DNA from: a virus
Length of the DNA stretch: 37,371 bases
Direction: 5' to 3' (one strand)
Virus record (IMG/VR): IMGVR_UViG_3300045988_009599
A model generated the notes under the pieces. It was given only the letters and a program-made list of their open reading frames with translations, was not told where the DNA came from and did not search any database. The position numbers were made by a program, and so were the translations under genes. Of the stretch, positions 6,207-15,089 are shown in pieces. Every line of letters begins with the position of its first letter. Position 1 is the first letter of the stretch.

Positions 6207-7552
6207 ACGCAAAAGCCGGGCGCGAAGCCATACGATGTTGCTGCGTAATCCTCTCCGCTTGTGCCTCCTGTTCCTACGAGAGCAAAACCTCCATCATAAT
6301 TTTTGACAGGAGAGCGTAGCCACCAAAAGGCGGCTGTAGATACTGAATCATGCTTGTATTTTGTTTTTGCGTTTCCGGCATTGTAATACGCATACTGCGC
6401 CTGTTTGCTCGATTCATTGTTGTTCGCAGAAGTGATATCTCCAAATACTTCGTATTCTGATAGCAGGAAAAGGTAATCAGTTGTTGCTGTAATCGCATCT
6501 GCGGTTGTACTCTTACCAATGTTATTCGTGTACTTCGTCACGAATTTTAGCACCGCGCGAAGCGACGCTGGGATGACTGCAATTATCGTGCCAGAATAAC
6601 TTGAGAGGTTTGTACCACATATTTTCGTCCGCAAATTTGATGATTTCCAGCCGCCAGAACTTGTACTGCTTGTATTCATTCGGAAGCCTCCGCCCATATC
6701 GCCGTAATAGGTATCACATAGGCAAACGTCTGTACCGCCGGATATCGCCGTTTTTCCTAACTGGAAATGAATGCGGTTTGCACCCTCGACGCTCGCATTA
6801 TGGTTAAACCCGATGATGAACACATATGTTGTGTAATTAGATAGCGTCAGCGCGCCGACTGTGCCGTTCAGTGTGACCGCCTTTCGGTCGCCGATGCTCC
6901 AATAGTTCGCGCCCTGTCCTGCATCGGAAACGGACTTTATAACGCTCCACTCGTTGTCGTTGAGCGTGGAGCTTACGAAAGAGAGCGTCAACGCATAGGA
7001 GGTCGTGCCGGAAACGACATTGACGGAGCCACTCGTCGTCTGACCGCTCTTTGTGGCCTCGACGGTGTATGTACCCGTCTCCGTGACGGTGAAAACCGCC
7101 GTCCCGTTGCTTGTCTTTGTTGCGATAGTCGTCCCGCCCTTTTTCAGCGTGACGGTCGCGCCGGATGCCACGTTGACGGTGATCGTCGCGGAGAAGAACG
7201 TCAGCGCCACCGCGTAGTTGTCCGTGATGGATACGGTTTTTGTGTCGGACGTTTGCCCGCCCAGCGTTGCAGATACGCTCCATGTACCAGGTTCCGGCAC
7301 GGTAAGCGTGCAAACGCCGGCGCTGTCGGCGGTTCCGCTGATCGTTTTGGAGCCGTTTGTTGCTGTGACCGTCGCCCCGGCAGATACCGTTACGATCAGC
7401 TTCGGCACGATTCCGGTCGGAATCGTGCCGACTGCTGCAGCAAGTCCGCCGATGGTCTGTGCCGCAGGGGCTGTGCCGCCTTTGGAGTCTACCGCGTCAT
7501 ACGCCGCGCCGACTGCCGTGATAATGCGGTCGATTTCGCTCTGGATACTCAT
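6203..7552 (-). CDS. Receptor-binding / tail fibre protein with Ig-like repeats and a low-GC C-terminal domain carrying a WWLRSP motif
   Basis: 449 aa. T/S/V-rich beta-repeat N-terminal half. C-terminal domain ...TDYLFLLSEYEVFG...AAFWWLRSP...APGFCV. GAGGAGG RBS. Confidence 0.7.
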   Translation of the reverse strand: MSIQSEIDRIITAVGAAYDAVDSKGGTAPAAQTIGGLAAAVGTIPTGIVPKLIVTVSAGATVTATNGSKTISGTADSAGVCTLTVPEPGTWSVSATLGGQTSDTKTVSITDNYAVALTFFSATITVNVASGATVTLKKGGTTIATKTSNGTAVFTVTETGTYTVEATKSGQTTSGSVNVVSGTTSYALTLSFVSSTLNDNEWSVIKSVSDAGQGANYWSIGDRKAVTLNGTVGALTLSNYTTYVFIIGFNHNASVEGANRIHFQLGKTAISGGTDVCLCDTYYGDMGGGFRMNTSSTSSGGWKSSNLRTKICGTNLSSYSGTIIAVIPASLRAVLKFVTKYTNNIGKSTTADAITATTDYLFLLSEYEVFGDITSANNNESSKQAQYAYYNAGNAKTKYKHDSVSTAAFWWLRSPVKNYDGGFALVGTGGTSGEDYAATSYGFAPGFCV

Positions 7553-7562
7553 GGCGGCCTCC

Positions 7563-8444
7563 TCAGATCGCGGCGAGTGCCGTTTCGATCGCGTCGGTCA
7601 GCGATACCGTGCCGCCGGAGGTGTAGCCCGCCGGGACCGCGACGCTTGTCTGTGTCAGGCCGTCGATGGTCTTTGCGATCGCGCCGTTGTTGGCCATGGT
7701 GCCCTCGATCTTCGCGCCAGTCGCGTCGACTATGAATTTCCCGTCCAGCACGTCTCCCGCGCCAGCCGTCACGCCCGAAACGTCCTTATACTTGGCCGGG
7801 ATCGCGCCGACGGTTACCTTGCCGAGAACCTTGCCCTTCGTGGGCGTGATGTCCTGCGCGGCCTCGGCAGGCGTGGCGGACTTGGTTTCCAGCACGACGG
7901 ATACCTTGCCCTTTCCGGAGTGCTTGCCCGCCGGGACGGTGTATTCCTGATTGCCGGTCGTGGCGTCCAGCACCTTAGATACTGCGCCGTTGTCCGGCAT
8001 GGTGCCTGCCTGCGTTACGCCGTCGGCATCGATAAAGACTTTATTCGCCAGCACGTCGCCGGGCGCGGCCGTCGTGGCGGATACGTCCTGGTAGTTTTCC
8101 GGGATGGCGCCGACGGTGACGGAAGACAGGCCATAGTAGCCCTGATCCGGAGCGACGGACTGCTGCTCCTTTGTCGGCGCGACGGATTTGGCCTGCAGGT
8201 TGTAGTTGCCGCCGCCGGAGACGCCCTTGACCGTGCCGGAGCCGTTGTGATAGCCCTTCGGGACGGTGTAGCTCTCGCCCTCCTTGACCTGCGCGTCGAT
8301 CGCGCCGTTATTTTTAATGGCTGCCGCCTTGTCGGCCAGCGCGTCGAGTTTGTCCGTGCTCGCGGCGAGGCCGAGGCCGACGAGCCATGTGCGCAGCTTG
8401 TTCCGCGCGGTCTGCAGTCTGGTAATTTCCGTCTGTGTGCTCAT
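7563..8444 (-). CDS. Tail fibre protein with internal repeats
   Basis: 293 aa. Recurring units (NNGA..-Y.VP.G(Y/K)H.G.G.V ; V(T)VGAIP..Y.DVS..TA..GDVL..K.F(I/V)DA.G....GTM.(D/N)NGA). Confidence 0.7.
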   Translation of the reverse strand: MSTQTEITRLQTARNKLRTWLVGLGLAASTDKLDALADKAAAIKNNGAIDAQVKEGESYTVPKGYHNGSGTVKGVSGGGNYNLQAKSVAPTKEQQSVAPDQGYYGLSSVTVGAIPENYQDVSATTAAPGDVLANKVFIDADGVTQAGTMPDNGAVSKVLDATTGNQEYTVPAGKHSGKGKVSVVLETKSATPAEAAQDITPTKGKVLGKVTVGAIPAKYKDVSGVTAGAGDVLDGKFIVDATGAKIEGTMANNGAIAKTIDGLTQTSVAVPAGYTSGGTVSLTDAIETALAAI

Positions 8445-8456
8445 AAAATCACTCCT

Positions 8457-9095
8457 TTAGATTGTCGCCAGCAGGGCGTTGATGTTTCCGACCTCCGTAT
8501 ACACGGCGGCGCTTGTTACGGGCTTGGTGTTGTCCTTCTCGACGGCCGCGGCCGTGTCGACGGACAGGGTATTGGTGGCCGCGTCGAGCTTGAGGCCCTC
8601 GCCGATGGTGTAGCCTCCGCCGCCGGAGCCTCCGGAGCTGCGGGCCTCGTTGATGGCGTCGACGAGGTTGCCCTTGTTGTAGGTCTTGAGGTCGTCCAGA
8701 TCGCCGATCTGGTTTTGCAGCTGCGCCCAGATCGGCAGCGTCGGGTCTGCCCCCGGATCTCCGGACGGCTCTGCCGCCGGCATGACTTTGCCGAGCGTTA
8801 CCCACACTGTCGGCAATATCAGCCCGTCCGCGTTTGCGCCGTAGACGCCGACGCGTGCGATCGGCCCCGCGTCTGCCAGAATTTCATGCGGTACCACAAC
8901 CTTGTTGCCGTCCCACGCGCTTTCCATCACATCCACGGTAGTTCTGCCGGCCGAGAAGACGGCTGTCTTCGTCAGCCCGCTCCAATCGTCAGAAAACACG
9001 AACTCAACGGTCACAGCCTTGGCCATGCCCGCCGTCAGCAGCTCCGGCGGCGAGCACAGATGCGCGCAGGCTTTGGTGATGTGGATCTGGATCAT
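8457..9095 (-). CDS. Baseplate upper protein (BppU-like) / fibre connector
   Basis: 212 aa. N-terminus AVTVEFVFSDDWSGLTKTAVF, Gly linker SSGGSGGGG, C-terminus DNTKPVTSAAVYTEVGNINALLATI, which is typical of phage fibre ends. Confidence 0.55.
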   Translation of the reverse strand: MIQIHITKACAHLCSPPELLTAGMAKAVTVEFVFSDDWSGLTKTAVFSAGRTTVDVMESAWDGNKVVVPHEILADAGPIARVGVYGANADGLILPTVWVTLGKVMPAAEPSGDPGADPTLPIWAQLQNQIGDLDDLKTYNKGNLVDAINEARSSGGSGGGGYTIGEGLKLDAATNTLSVDTAAAVEKDNTKPVTSAAVYTEVGNINALLATI

Positions 9096-9107
9096 GCTGT
9101 TTTCCTC

Positions 9108-9602
9108 CTATCCAATTACTGTGCCATTTACGACAAGCTTGCCTGCGTTGTTGCAGTATATCTCCGCGCGGGTGTAGTTGTTGTAGCACATATACAGATA
9201 CTTCGCTGCCAAATTCACTGGCTTATCTGTTGCTCCTATGTACATATCCTTCACCATCGGCACCAGCATATTTTTGCTTGCATGTACAAAGATACCGTTA
9301 CTCCCGCGCTGGATCGCATACGGCGTTTCTGTTGTTCCGCCGCCTCCACCGCTTCCCGGCGGTCCTACGACGTACTCGACGATATAGCTGCCGGAGATCC
9401 GCGCGACCTTGACGCGGTCTCCCGCGGCAAAGGTGGCGGATGTGTTGCATTTATAGTGCTTTGTTGTGGCTTCCGTCTGCCCCTCTAGGATGAGGGACAG
9501 ACCATCGTCATAGACCGCGCCGACGGTCGCCAGAAAGTTTTCCGGCAGATTTTCGTCCGGCATGCTGATCGATGATACAAATAAACTGTTGATGCCCTCC
9601 AT
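9108..9602 (-). CDS. Small baseplate/tail-tip protein, 164 aa
   Basis: ATGA overlap with the upstream Tal gene. N-terminal OB-like segment (ATVGAVYDDGLSLILEGQ...GDRVKVARISGSYIVEYVVG) followed by a Gly linker. Confidence 0.5.
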   Translation of the reverse strand: MEGINSLFVSSISMPDENLPENFLATVGAVYDDGLSLILEGQTEATTKHYKCNTSATFAAGDRVKVARISGSYIVEYVVGPPGSGGGGGTTETPYAIQRGSNGIFVHASKNMLVPMVKDMYIGATDKPVNLAAKYLYMCYNNYTRAEIYCNNAGKLVVNGTVIG

Positions 9603-10648
9603 CAGGCGATCACCGTCCTTTTTGCAGAGTGTGTCATAAGGCTGCCGGCCTGCATCGTGATCGACCAGCCGGTCTCAAGGTATATCCCGCCGAGTTCGTC
9701 GTGCGTCAGAGCGAGGATATCGCCGACGCCATGCCCCGGCTCGTTGAGCGTGTAAAACGTGATCGCGCGCGCGGCCAGCAGGGATTCGTTGCGCCGTTTA
9801 TTTGCGTAGGCCTGCAGCTCCTCCTGCGACGCGATGTTGTCCACCCGCTCGACGGAGGTGATGCGCATGCCGCGCTTAAAGGTGGATTTTTTGGACGCCG
9901 GATTGTCGTTAACGGCTGTCGCGACCATGGCCGCGTCCATGTCCGGGTTGTTGCAGGTCACAACAAAGACGTTTGGGGCGTCAAAAATATCCGTTTCGTC
10001 CGACCAGTCTTGCCCCAGATGCTTTTCCGGCAAAAACAGATCTGTCGTGCCATATCGCCAATCGATGATCGCGGCGGACGGCTCCTGGTATGGCTCCAGG
10101 CGGCAGACGCCGTCAGCGTCAAACCACAGGCTCTCGTAATTGATTTCGGCCAGCAGGTCGTTGACGATCGTCAGGTAGCTGGTGCCGATGTCCCAGTCCT
10201 CGCGGTCAGTCTGCAAGGTCGCGTCGTTCGGCGTTGCGATCACCAGCGTGACGCCGCAGGCGGTCAGGAGCTTGCGGATCTCCGTGAGGTAGGACGCTCC
10301 GGCGGACAAATGCAGGAGCGTCTCTGTTTTCTGCGTGTACACCCGCCAGCAACGGTCGTATGCTTCGATCTCTACGCGCGTGCTTCCGGCGCTGCCTTTT
10401 TTGCTGACGGTCGTGGCCTGATAGATCCCGAGGGAGGTCTCGACGCCGTCAACGCTCATCCATGGGCGCAGCTCATCGGATTCCAGCTCCGCAAGGTCGT
10501 TCGGTCGGAAGCTCCCGCGCAGCGCGCCGTGGATGTTGGCAGCGCGATCCCACACGATCTGCGGCGCATCTCCGTCGGCCCATTGCAGCTGCGTGACGGG
10601 CGCGCCGTTGCGCAGGACGTCGACGCGGTATCGGACGTCACGGGTCAA
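9602..10648 (-). CDS. Tail-associated (Tal-like) baseplate hub protein, about 348 aa
   Basis: Position immediately after Dit. TTG start at 10646-10648 has AGGAGG upstream. ...YLTIVNDLLAEINYESLWFDADGVCRLEPY is typical of siphovirus hub proteins. Confidence 0.6.
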   Translation of the reverse strand: MTRDVRYRVDVLRNGAPVTQLQWADGDAPQIVWDRAANIHGALRGSFRPNDLAELESDELRPWMSVDGVETSLGIYQATTVSKKGSAGSTRVEIEAYDRCWRVYTQKTETLLHLSAGASYLTEIRKLLTACGVTLVIATPNDATLQTDREDWDIGTSYLTIVNDLLAEINYESLWFDADGVCRLEPYQEPSAAIIDWRYGTTDLFLPEKHLGQDWSDETDIFDAPNVFVVTCNNPDMDAAMVATAVNDNPASKKSTFKRGMRITSVERVDNIASQEELQAYANKRRNESLLAARAITFYTLNEPGHGVGDILALTHDELGGIYLETGWSITMQAGSLMTHSAKRTVIA

Positions 10649-12725
10649 GGGTGATCGCCTCCTCCTGGTTGGTGTGGGATACGGTAAAGGAGTACCGCCG
10701 CATAAACTCATCGCTGTTGCTCTCCAGCGACGGAAGTGTGCCGATTGCCATGTTGCCGTAGTGATCTTTCAGGCAGACGAGCCGCCCGACGAGAGCTTCG
10801 AGCGCGAGCGCGCTGGCGCGCTGGCTGTGCGGCCATGCGCAAGCGACGGCGAGTGAGCGGTCGCGCTGCTCGCTGCGCTCCTCCACAGGGTAGGCCAGCC
10901 CGGCCAGATGGACCGTGCTGACGCCGGCCGAGAAGCTGACGCGGTTGGTGCGCAGCTGTGTCTCGGACAGGCACATGTCAAGCCAGACGCCGGTCGAGAG
11001 GTCGCAGATCGTGTTGCTCTCCGGCAGGACCTCGACGGTATCCGAATTGGACACGCCGTAGTTATCGCTGTCATCGTAGCAGCCGCGGACGCGGTAGGTA
11101 ACGGAGCCGATGCTCCGCTTGTCTGTGTACTCCTTAGCGTCTGTGCGGGCAATGGCCACGCCGTCCCGCTCGATCAGGTAAAAGTCATAGCTCCCGGCCG
11201 TCTGCCAGCTGAGTGCCGCTTCGCGCCCGGCAGAGACGGTCAGGGTGATCGCTTCGCCCTCGGTGTGGGAGATAGGCAGGGCGGCTGCGCTCCACTCCGA
11301 CCACATGCCGTACTGATTCTGTACGCGGACGCGGACCGTGTAGCTGCCGTCGGCCAAATAGACAGGCGAGCGCCATGCCTTGTCCGTGCCGTAGACCGTG
11401 CCGGACGCGTAGCCGTTGGACAGCGTCAGCTGATAGGCCTCCTGCTCCGACGTCTGCCAGGTGATGCGCGGGCGCGGGCCGGTGGACTGGATGACGATGG
11501 ACGGAGCGGACGGCGCGTTTATGGCGATAAACTCCGCCGCGTCCGACCACTCGGACGCTGTGCCGTCGGTGTTGTAGGTGCGCACGCGCCAGTATTTCGT
11601 GCCACTGGCAAAGGTGTTTGCCGGGACGTCGTAATACTGATCCGCGCCGGTAACGGTCGCGAGGGTATTCCACGTCGCGCCGTCGGCGGACCATTGCAGA
11701 TCTGCCTTGCTCTGCGGCGTGCCGGTTGAAATGATGTGCTGCCAGCTAAACCGATTGACGATCGTGGCGTCGATGACGATGCCGGAGGGAGAGACCGGCT
11801 TGCAGGATGGTGTGACGTCTGTCGTTGTGATCTCCTGCCATGCAGACGTTGTTGTCGTTCCGCTGTTCGCCGTCACCTTTACGCGCCACTCGATCGTCCC
11901 GGACGGGAATGTGTTTGCCGGGACTGTGCAAGAGGTCGTCGCGCCGGAGACGCTGACTGTGTTTGAGGTGCTCGCATTTTTTACGCGCCACTCAAAAACC
12001 GCTGACGTCTGTTTGATTTCCGCGAAGCAAGTCTGCGTAAGATCTGTGTCATCTGTACACGTCCACGTAAACGTGCTCTTTTGCGCCCTGTTTACAAAAG
12101 CACCTGCCGCCGGGGAAAAGTCACTTGCATTGATGCCCACATCGTCGTCCGAATACTCGCATTCCAGAAACGGTTTGTAAGACGATTTCACGCCGTAAAA
12201 AACCGCTTCGGACGCGCGTCCCGTTCCGCCAGCCGAAAAAGCAAATGCGAAGCCGTTGCGCAGGCCGCTCTCAAGATTCTTCTTTTTCGCCGCATCGTAA
12301 AGGGACATCGTGAATACTGCCTCGGCCTGCACAACTTGGTTGAGGGTATCCCAGCTTGCTGACCCAACGCCGTCTCCATTGCCATACAGTTTTGGCTGTG
12401 TCGCATACGTTGCCGCGCTTGTATCGAGCGGCTCTGCCAAGCCTTGCCCGTAAGCCGCTATGTATGCAGCTCCCCAACTGCCCAAAGTACCGGCTGTCGG
12501 CATGGCGTATATTACAAGCCTTACCTTTGTGATACGTTTGTACTTGTATGCTGCCGCAGGCTCGCCGAATTTCAGCAGGATATTATCCCAGCCGTCATAT
12601 GTTCCGTCATGGTTCGTAAACGGATCGACAAACAGCTTGTACTGCGTAAGATCTGAGTAGTTTGTGTTCGGGTGGGACTTGGAGACTGCGGTCGACCCGC
12701 TGGCCTGTACTGTAAAAGTCGCCAC
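10638..12725 (-). CDS. Distal tail protein (Dit-like) with a long N-terminal extension carrying FN3/Ig-like repeats, 695 aa
   Basis: Starts (GTG) directly after the tape-measure stop. Repeated W(R)V(K/R)...SEWS modules. The C-terminal roughly 130 aa resemble a siphovirus tail-family domain. Confidence 0.6.
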   Translation of the reverse strand: MATFTVQASGSTAVSKSHPNTNYSDLTQYKLFVDPFTNHDGTYDGWDNILLKFGEPAAAYKYKRITKVRLVIYAMPTAGTLGSWGAAYIAAYGQGLAEPLDTSAATYATQPKLYGNGDGVGSASWDTLNQVVQAEAVFTMSLYDAAKKKNLESGLRNGFAFAFSAGGTGRASEAVFYGVKSSYKPFLECEYSDDDVGINASDFSPAAGAFVNRAQKSTFTWTCTDDTDLTQTCFAEIKQTSAVFEWRVKNASTSNTVSVSGATTSCTVPANTFPSGTIEWRVKVTANSGTTTTSAWQEITTTDVTPSCKPVSPSGIVIDATIVNRFSWQHIISTGTPQSKADLQWSADGATWNTLATVTGADQYYDVPANTFASGTKYWRVRTYNTDGTASEWSDAAEFIAINAPSAPSIVIQSTGPRPRITWQTSEQEAYQLTLSNGYASGTVYGTDKAWRSPVYLADGSYTVRVRVQNQYGMWSEWSAAALPISHTEGEAITLTVSAGREAALSWQTAGSYDFYLIERDGVAIARTDAKEYTDKRSIGSVTYRVRGCYDDSDNYGVSNSDTVEVLPESNTICDLSTGVWLDMCLSETQLRTNRVSFSAGVSTVHLAGLAYPVEERSEQRDRSLAVACAWPHSQRASALALEALVGRLVCLKDHYGNMAIGTLPSLESNSDEFMRRYSFTVSHTNQEEAITLDP

Positions 12726-14513
12726 TTACCGCACCCCCATTCGCTGCGTGATTCGCTCGTTGGTAAAGATCGTCACGATATCGTTCAACTCCCGGATATC
12801 GGACGCCGGGATGATGACTTTGTCGATGTAGATGTCGCCGCCGCCCGTGTAGCGTGTCTCGCTGGCCGTCTGGATGCGCGAGCCGGAGGGGAGATAGATC
12901 CGCTCAAGGCCGTTTTCATTGACCCGCGTCCAGCCGCCGGACCAGTTGTCCGTACCGGCGGCGTTGCCGCCCAGATAGCGGCGGATCCATTCGTCCTCGG
13001 TGATACCGATGGTGGACGAATCGCCGCGGGCAATGGCGTCCTCGTAGGCCTTGGACAGGTCGGACGCGCTGCTGCCCCACGATTTTGCCGCGTAGCTGTC
13101 CTGCAGTGTCTGGTACTTATTGCCGTTGCCGCTTGCGTAGCCAAAGCCGAGGGCATTGCCCATTTTCTTAAAATCCAGCGTAAAAAGGCCGGCGAAAAAG
13201 TCCGCCGTATCGGCGATCAGCGCCATGACCTCCGCCAGCGGCCGCAGGGCGTTGGTCAGCGCCGGAACGCGGTTGTTGGACAGGTCTGACATTGGGTTTA
13301 GGATGTCACCGACCGTCTCCAGCAGCATGCCGAAGGCGTCGACGATGCCGGAGTCCTTGATTGCCTTCCCGAGATCCTTCACACCCTGCGTCGCGTCACC
13401 GTAAAACTCTTCGAGGTACGGCGCAAACTCGGCGGAAAGCTGGTTTTTGACGCCCTCCTGTGTCTTTTGCAGGCGCTGGTATGCGTCGTCGACCGCGCCG
13501 AGGGCGGAAAGCGCGTCGTTGTCGAGGACATAGCCGACATTATGTGCCTCTTCGGCGTAGGCCTTGAGGGTGTCCGACCCCTGTATGATCAGCGGGTTCA
13601 GGTCCTGCGCGGAGCGGCCGAAAATGTCCATGGACATGGCGTCCCGCTCGGTCTCGTTCTTGACCTGACCTAGGGCGTCGATTGTCTCGTAAAAGACGTC
13701 GTTCGCGCTGCGCATGCTGCCGTCAACGGTATTTGTGACGGAGACGCCCAGAGTGTCAAACGCGTCCTTGGCATTACCGGTTCCGTTCATGGCGTCCTGC
13801 ATGTTGTTGGTCAGTTTACGGAGACTGCCCTGCAGGGTATCGACAGAGACGTCGATCAGCTCGGTTGCGTAGGAAAACTCCTGCAGCTGCTGTGTCGATT
13901 GCCCGGTCTGCATGGAAAGCGTGATGATGTTGTCGGCAAAAGACGCAGATTCCTTCGTCATGGAGATCATGGCCTTTTCGACTTTTACGATCGCCGCCGC
14001 AACGGCAGCGAATGTACCAGCAAGCGCCAGAGACGACGCGTCAAGGCTCCCCATGGCGTTCATTGAGGACTTCATGCCGTCCGGCAGCTGAATGCCGAGT
14101 TTCTGCGTCAGCCCGTTCACGATATCTCCGAGGTTGCCCATCTCCTTGCCGGAGTCGGCGATCTTCTGCTTGTTCTCGTCAAACTGGTTGTTGAGATTGT
14201 TCAGCTCAGCCTCGGCGTTGTTGAGGCTGGTCTGCCACTGCATTGTGCGCTTGTCTGCCTCGCCGTATTTCTCGGCGGACTGCTGCAGGGCGGCACGCAG
14301 ATACTCGATCTTTTCTGTCTGCGTGGATATCTTGCGCTCGAGCACGTCGTTTTTGGCGTTCAGTGCCTCGACGCTGTCGGCGTTCTGCGCGTAGGCAGAG
14401 GATACCTTGCGCATTTCCGAGTCCAGCACCTTCATTCCGCTGCCGATCTCGGAAATGGCCTGCTTATATTCTTTTTCGCCCGAAAGCGTAAATCTTGTGT
14501 TGATGTTGGGCAT
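12726..14513 (-). CDS. Tape measure protein
   Basis: 595 aa. Long helical N-terminus. Lies downstream of the chaperone frameshift pair. GGAGG RBS. Confidence 0.85.
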   Translation of the reverse strand: MPNINTRFTLSGEKEYKQAISEIGSGMKVLDSEMRKVSSAYAQNADSVEALNAKNDVLERKISTQTEKIEYLRAALQQSAEKYGEADKRTMQWQTSLNNAEAELNNLNNQFDENKQKIADSGKEMGNLGDIVNGLTQKLGIQLPDGMKSSMNAMGSLDASSLALAGTFAAVAAAIVKVEKAMISMTKESASFADNIITLSMQTGQSTQQLQEFSYATELIDVSVDTLQGSLRKLTNNMQDAMNGTGNAKDAFDTLGVSVTNTVDGSMRSANDVFYETIDALGQVKNETERDAMSMDIFGRSAQDLNPLIIQGSDTLKAYAEEAHNVGYVLDNDALSALGAVDDAYQRLQKTQEGVKNQLSAEFAPYLEEFYGDATQGVKDLGKAIKDSGIVDAFGMLLETVGDILNPMSDLSNNRVPALTNALRPLAEVMALIADTADFFAGLFTLDFKKMGNALGFGYASGNGNKYQTLQDSYAAKSWGSSASDLSKAYEDAIARGDSSTIGITEDEWIRRYLGGNAAGTDNWSGGWTRVNENGLERIYLPSGSRIQTASETRYTGGGDIYIDKVIIPASDIRELNDIVTIFTNERITQRMGVR

Positions 14514-14514
14514 G

Positions 14515-15089
14515 TTATGTGCCTCCGTTCAGATAGGCCGACAGGCTCTGCGGCTGCTCCGGCTGCTTTTTCGGCGCAAGCGCGTCTAGCAGGAGTGTTA
14601 TGCGGCGCGGGGACATGGTTTTCCAGAAATCCCGCTCCGGCAGATGCAGCCGGAAGAGCCAGATGGCAAGATAGCCGGGGAAATCAAAGCCGTTCGGCTT
14701 CGGTTCCCCCGGCTGTGTCAGTTTTTTTCGTCTTCCTGCGGTTTCGTTTCGGCCCCCGCGTTCTTCAATATTTCGGCCCGGACCAGCGGATAGATCAGCT
14801 TTCCGGCCTCTACAGTCTGCGTGAGCGTGAGCTTTCGCCCCAGCTGCTTCCGCGTAAATACCAGCGGCAGTCCGTTTTCATCGGTTATTCCCTGTGAATC
14901 CGCTGCGTCCGTCAGCATGCCGGCGAGAAACGCCAGCGTACTTTTGATCCCACGGACCCGATCCAGCGCCTGCACGAGATTTCCATCGTATTCGTCCTGC
15001 ACGTATGCGATGGCGTTCATGTTGCAGGTCAGCCGGTACACCCGGCCTTCAAATTCATAGTCTACGGTTTCGAGTTTGGTCGTCTCCAT
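14515..15089 (-). CDS. Tail assembly chaperone -1 frameshift fusion (gpGT-like)
   Basis: After A_AAA_AAC the -1 frame stays open for 68 codons (..KKLTQPGEPKPNGFDFPGYLAIWLFRLHLPERDFWKTMSPRRITLLLDAL...LNGGT). It ends at TAA 14515-14517, just before the tape-measure ATG. Confidence 0.75.
14718..15089 (-). CDS. Tail assembly chaperone (gpG-like, zero-frame product)
   Basis: 123 aa. Lies between the major tail and tape measure genes and ends just after a slippery heptamer. Confidence 0.8.
   Translation of the reverse strand: METTKLETVDYEFEGRVYRLTCNMNAIAYVQDEYDGNLVQALDRVRGIKSTLAFLAGMLTDAADSQGITDENGLPLVFTRKQLGRKLTLTQTVEAGKLIYPLVRAEILKNAGAETKPQEDEKN
14721..14727 (-). promoter_or_regulatory. Programmed -1 ribosomal frameshift slippery heptamer A_AAA_AAC
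   Basis: The minus-strand sequence gac gaa aaa aac tga was read directly. It is in the correct X_XXY_YYZ phase. Confidence 0.75.

Noticed and set aside
7218-9488. A 756-aa plus-strand ORF. Similar long ORFs antisense to structural genes occur at 9629-10654, 10908-11729, 16674-17633, 19267-20370 and 20228-21289.
   Set aside because: They lie antisense to confidently recognised tail, capsid, portal or terminase genes. They are R/G/A/V/D-rich low-complexity translations typical of shadow ORFs in high-GC DNA, and they lack ribosome-binding sites.
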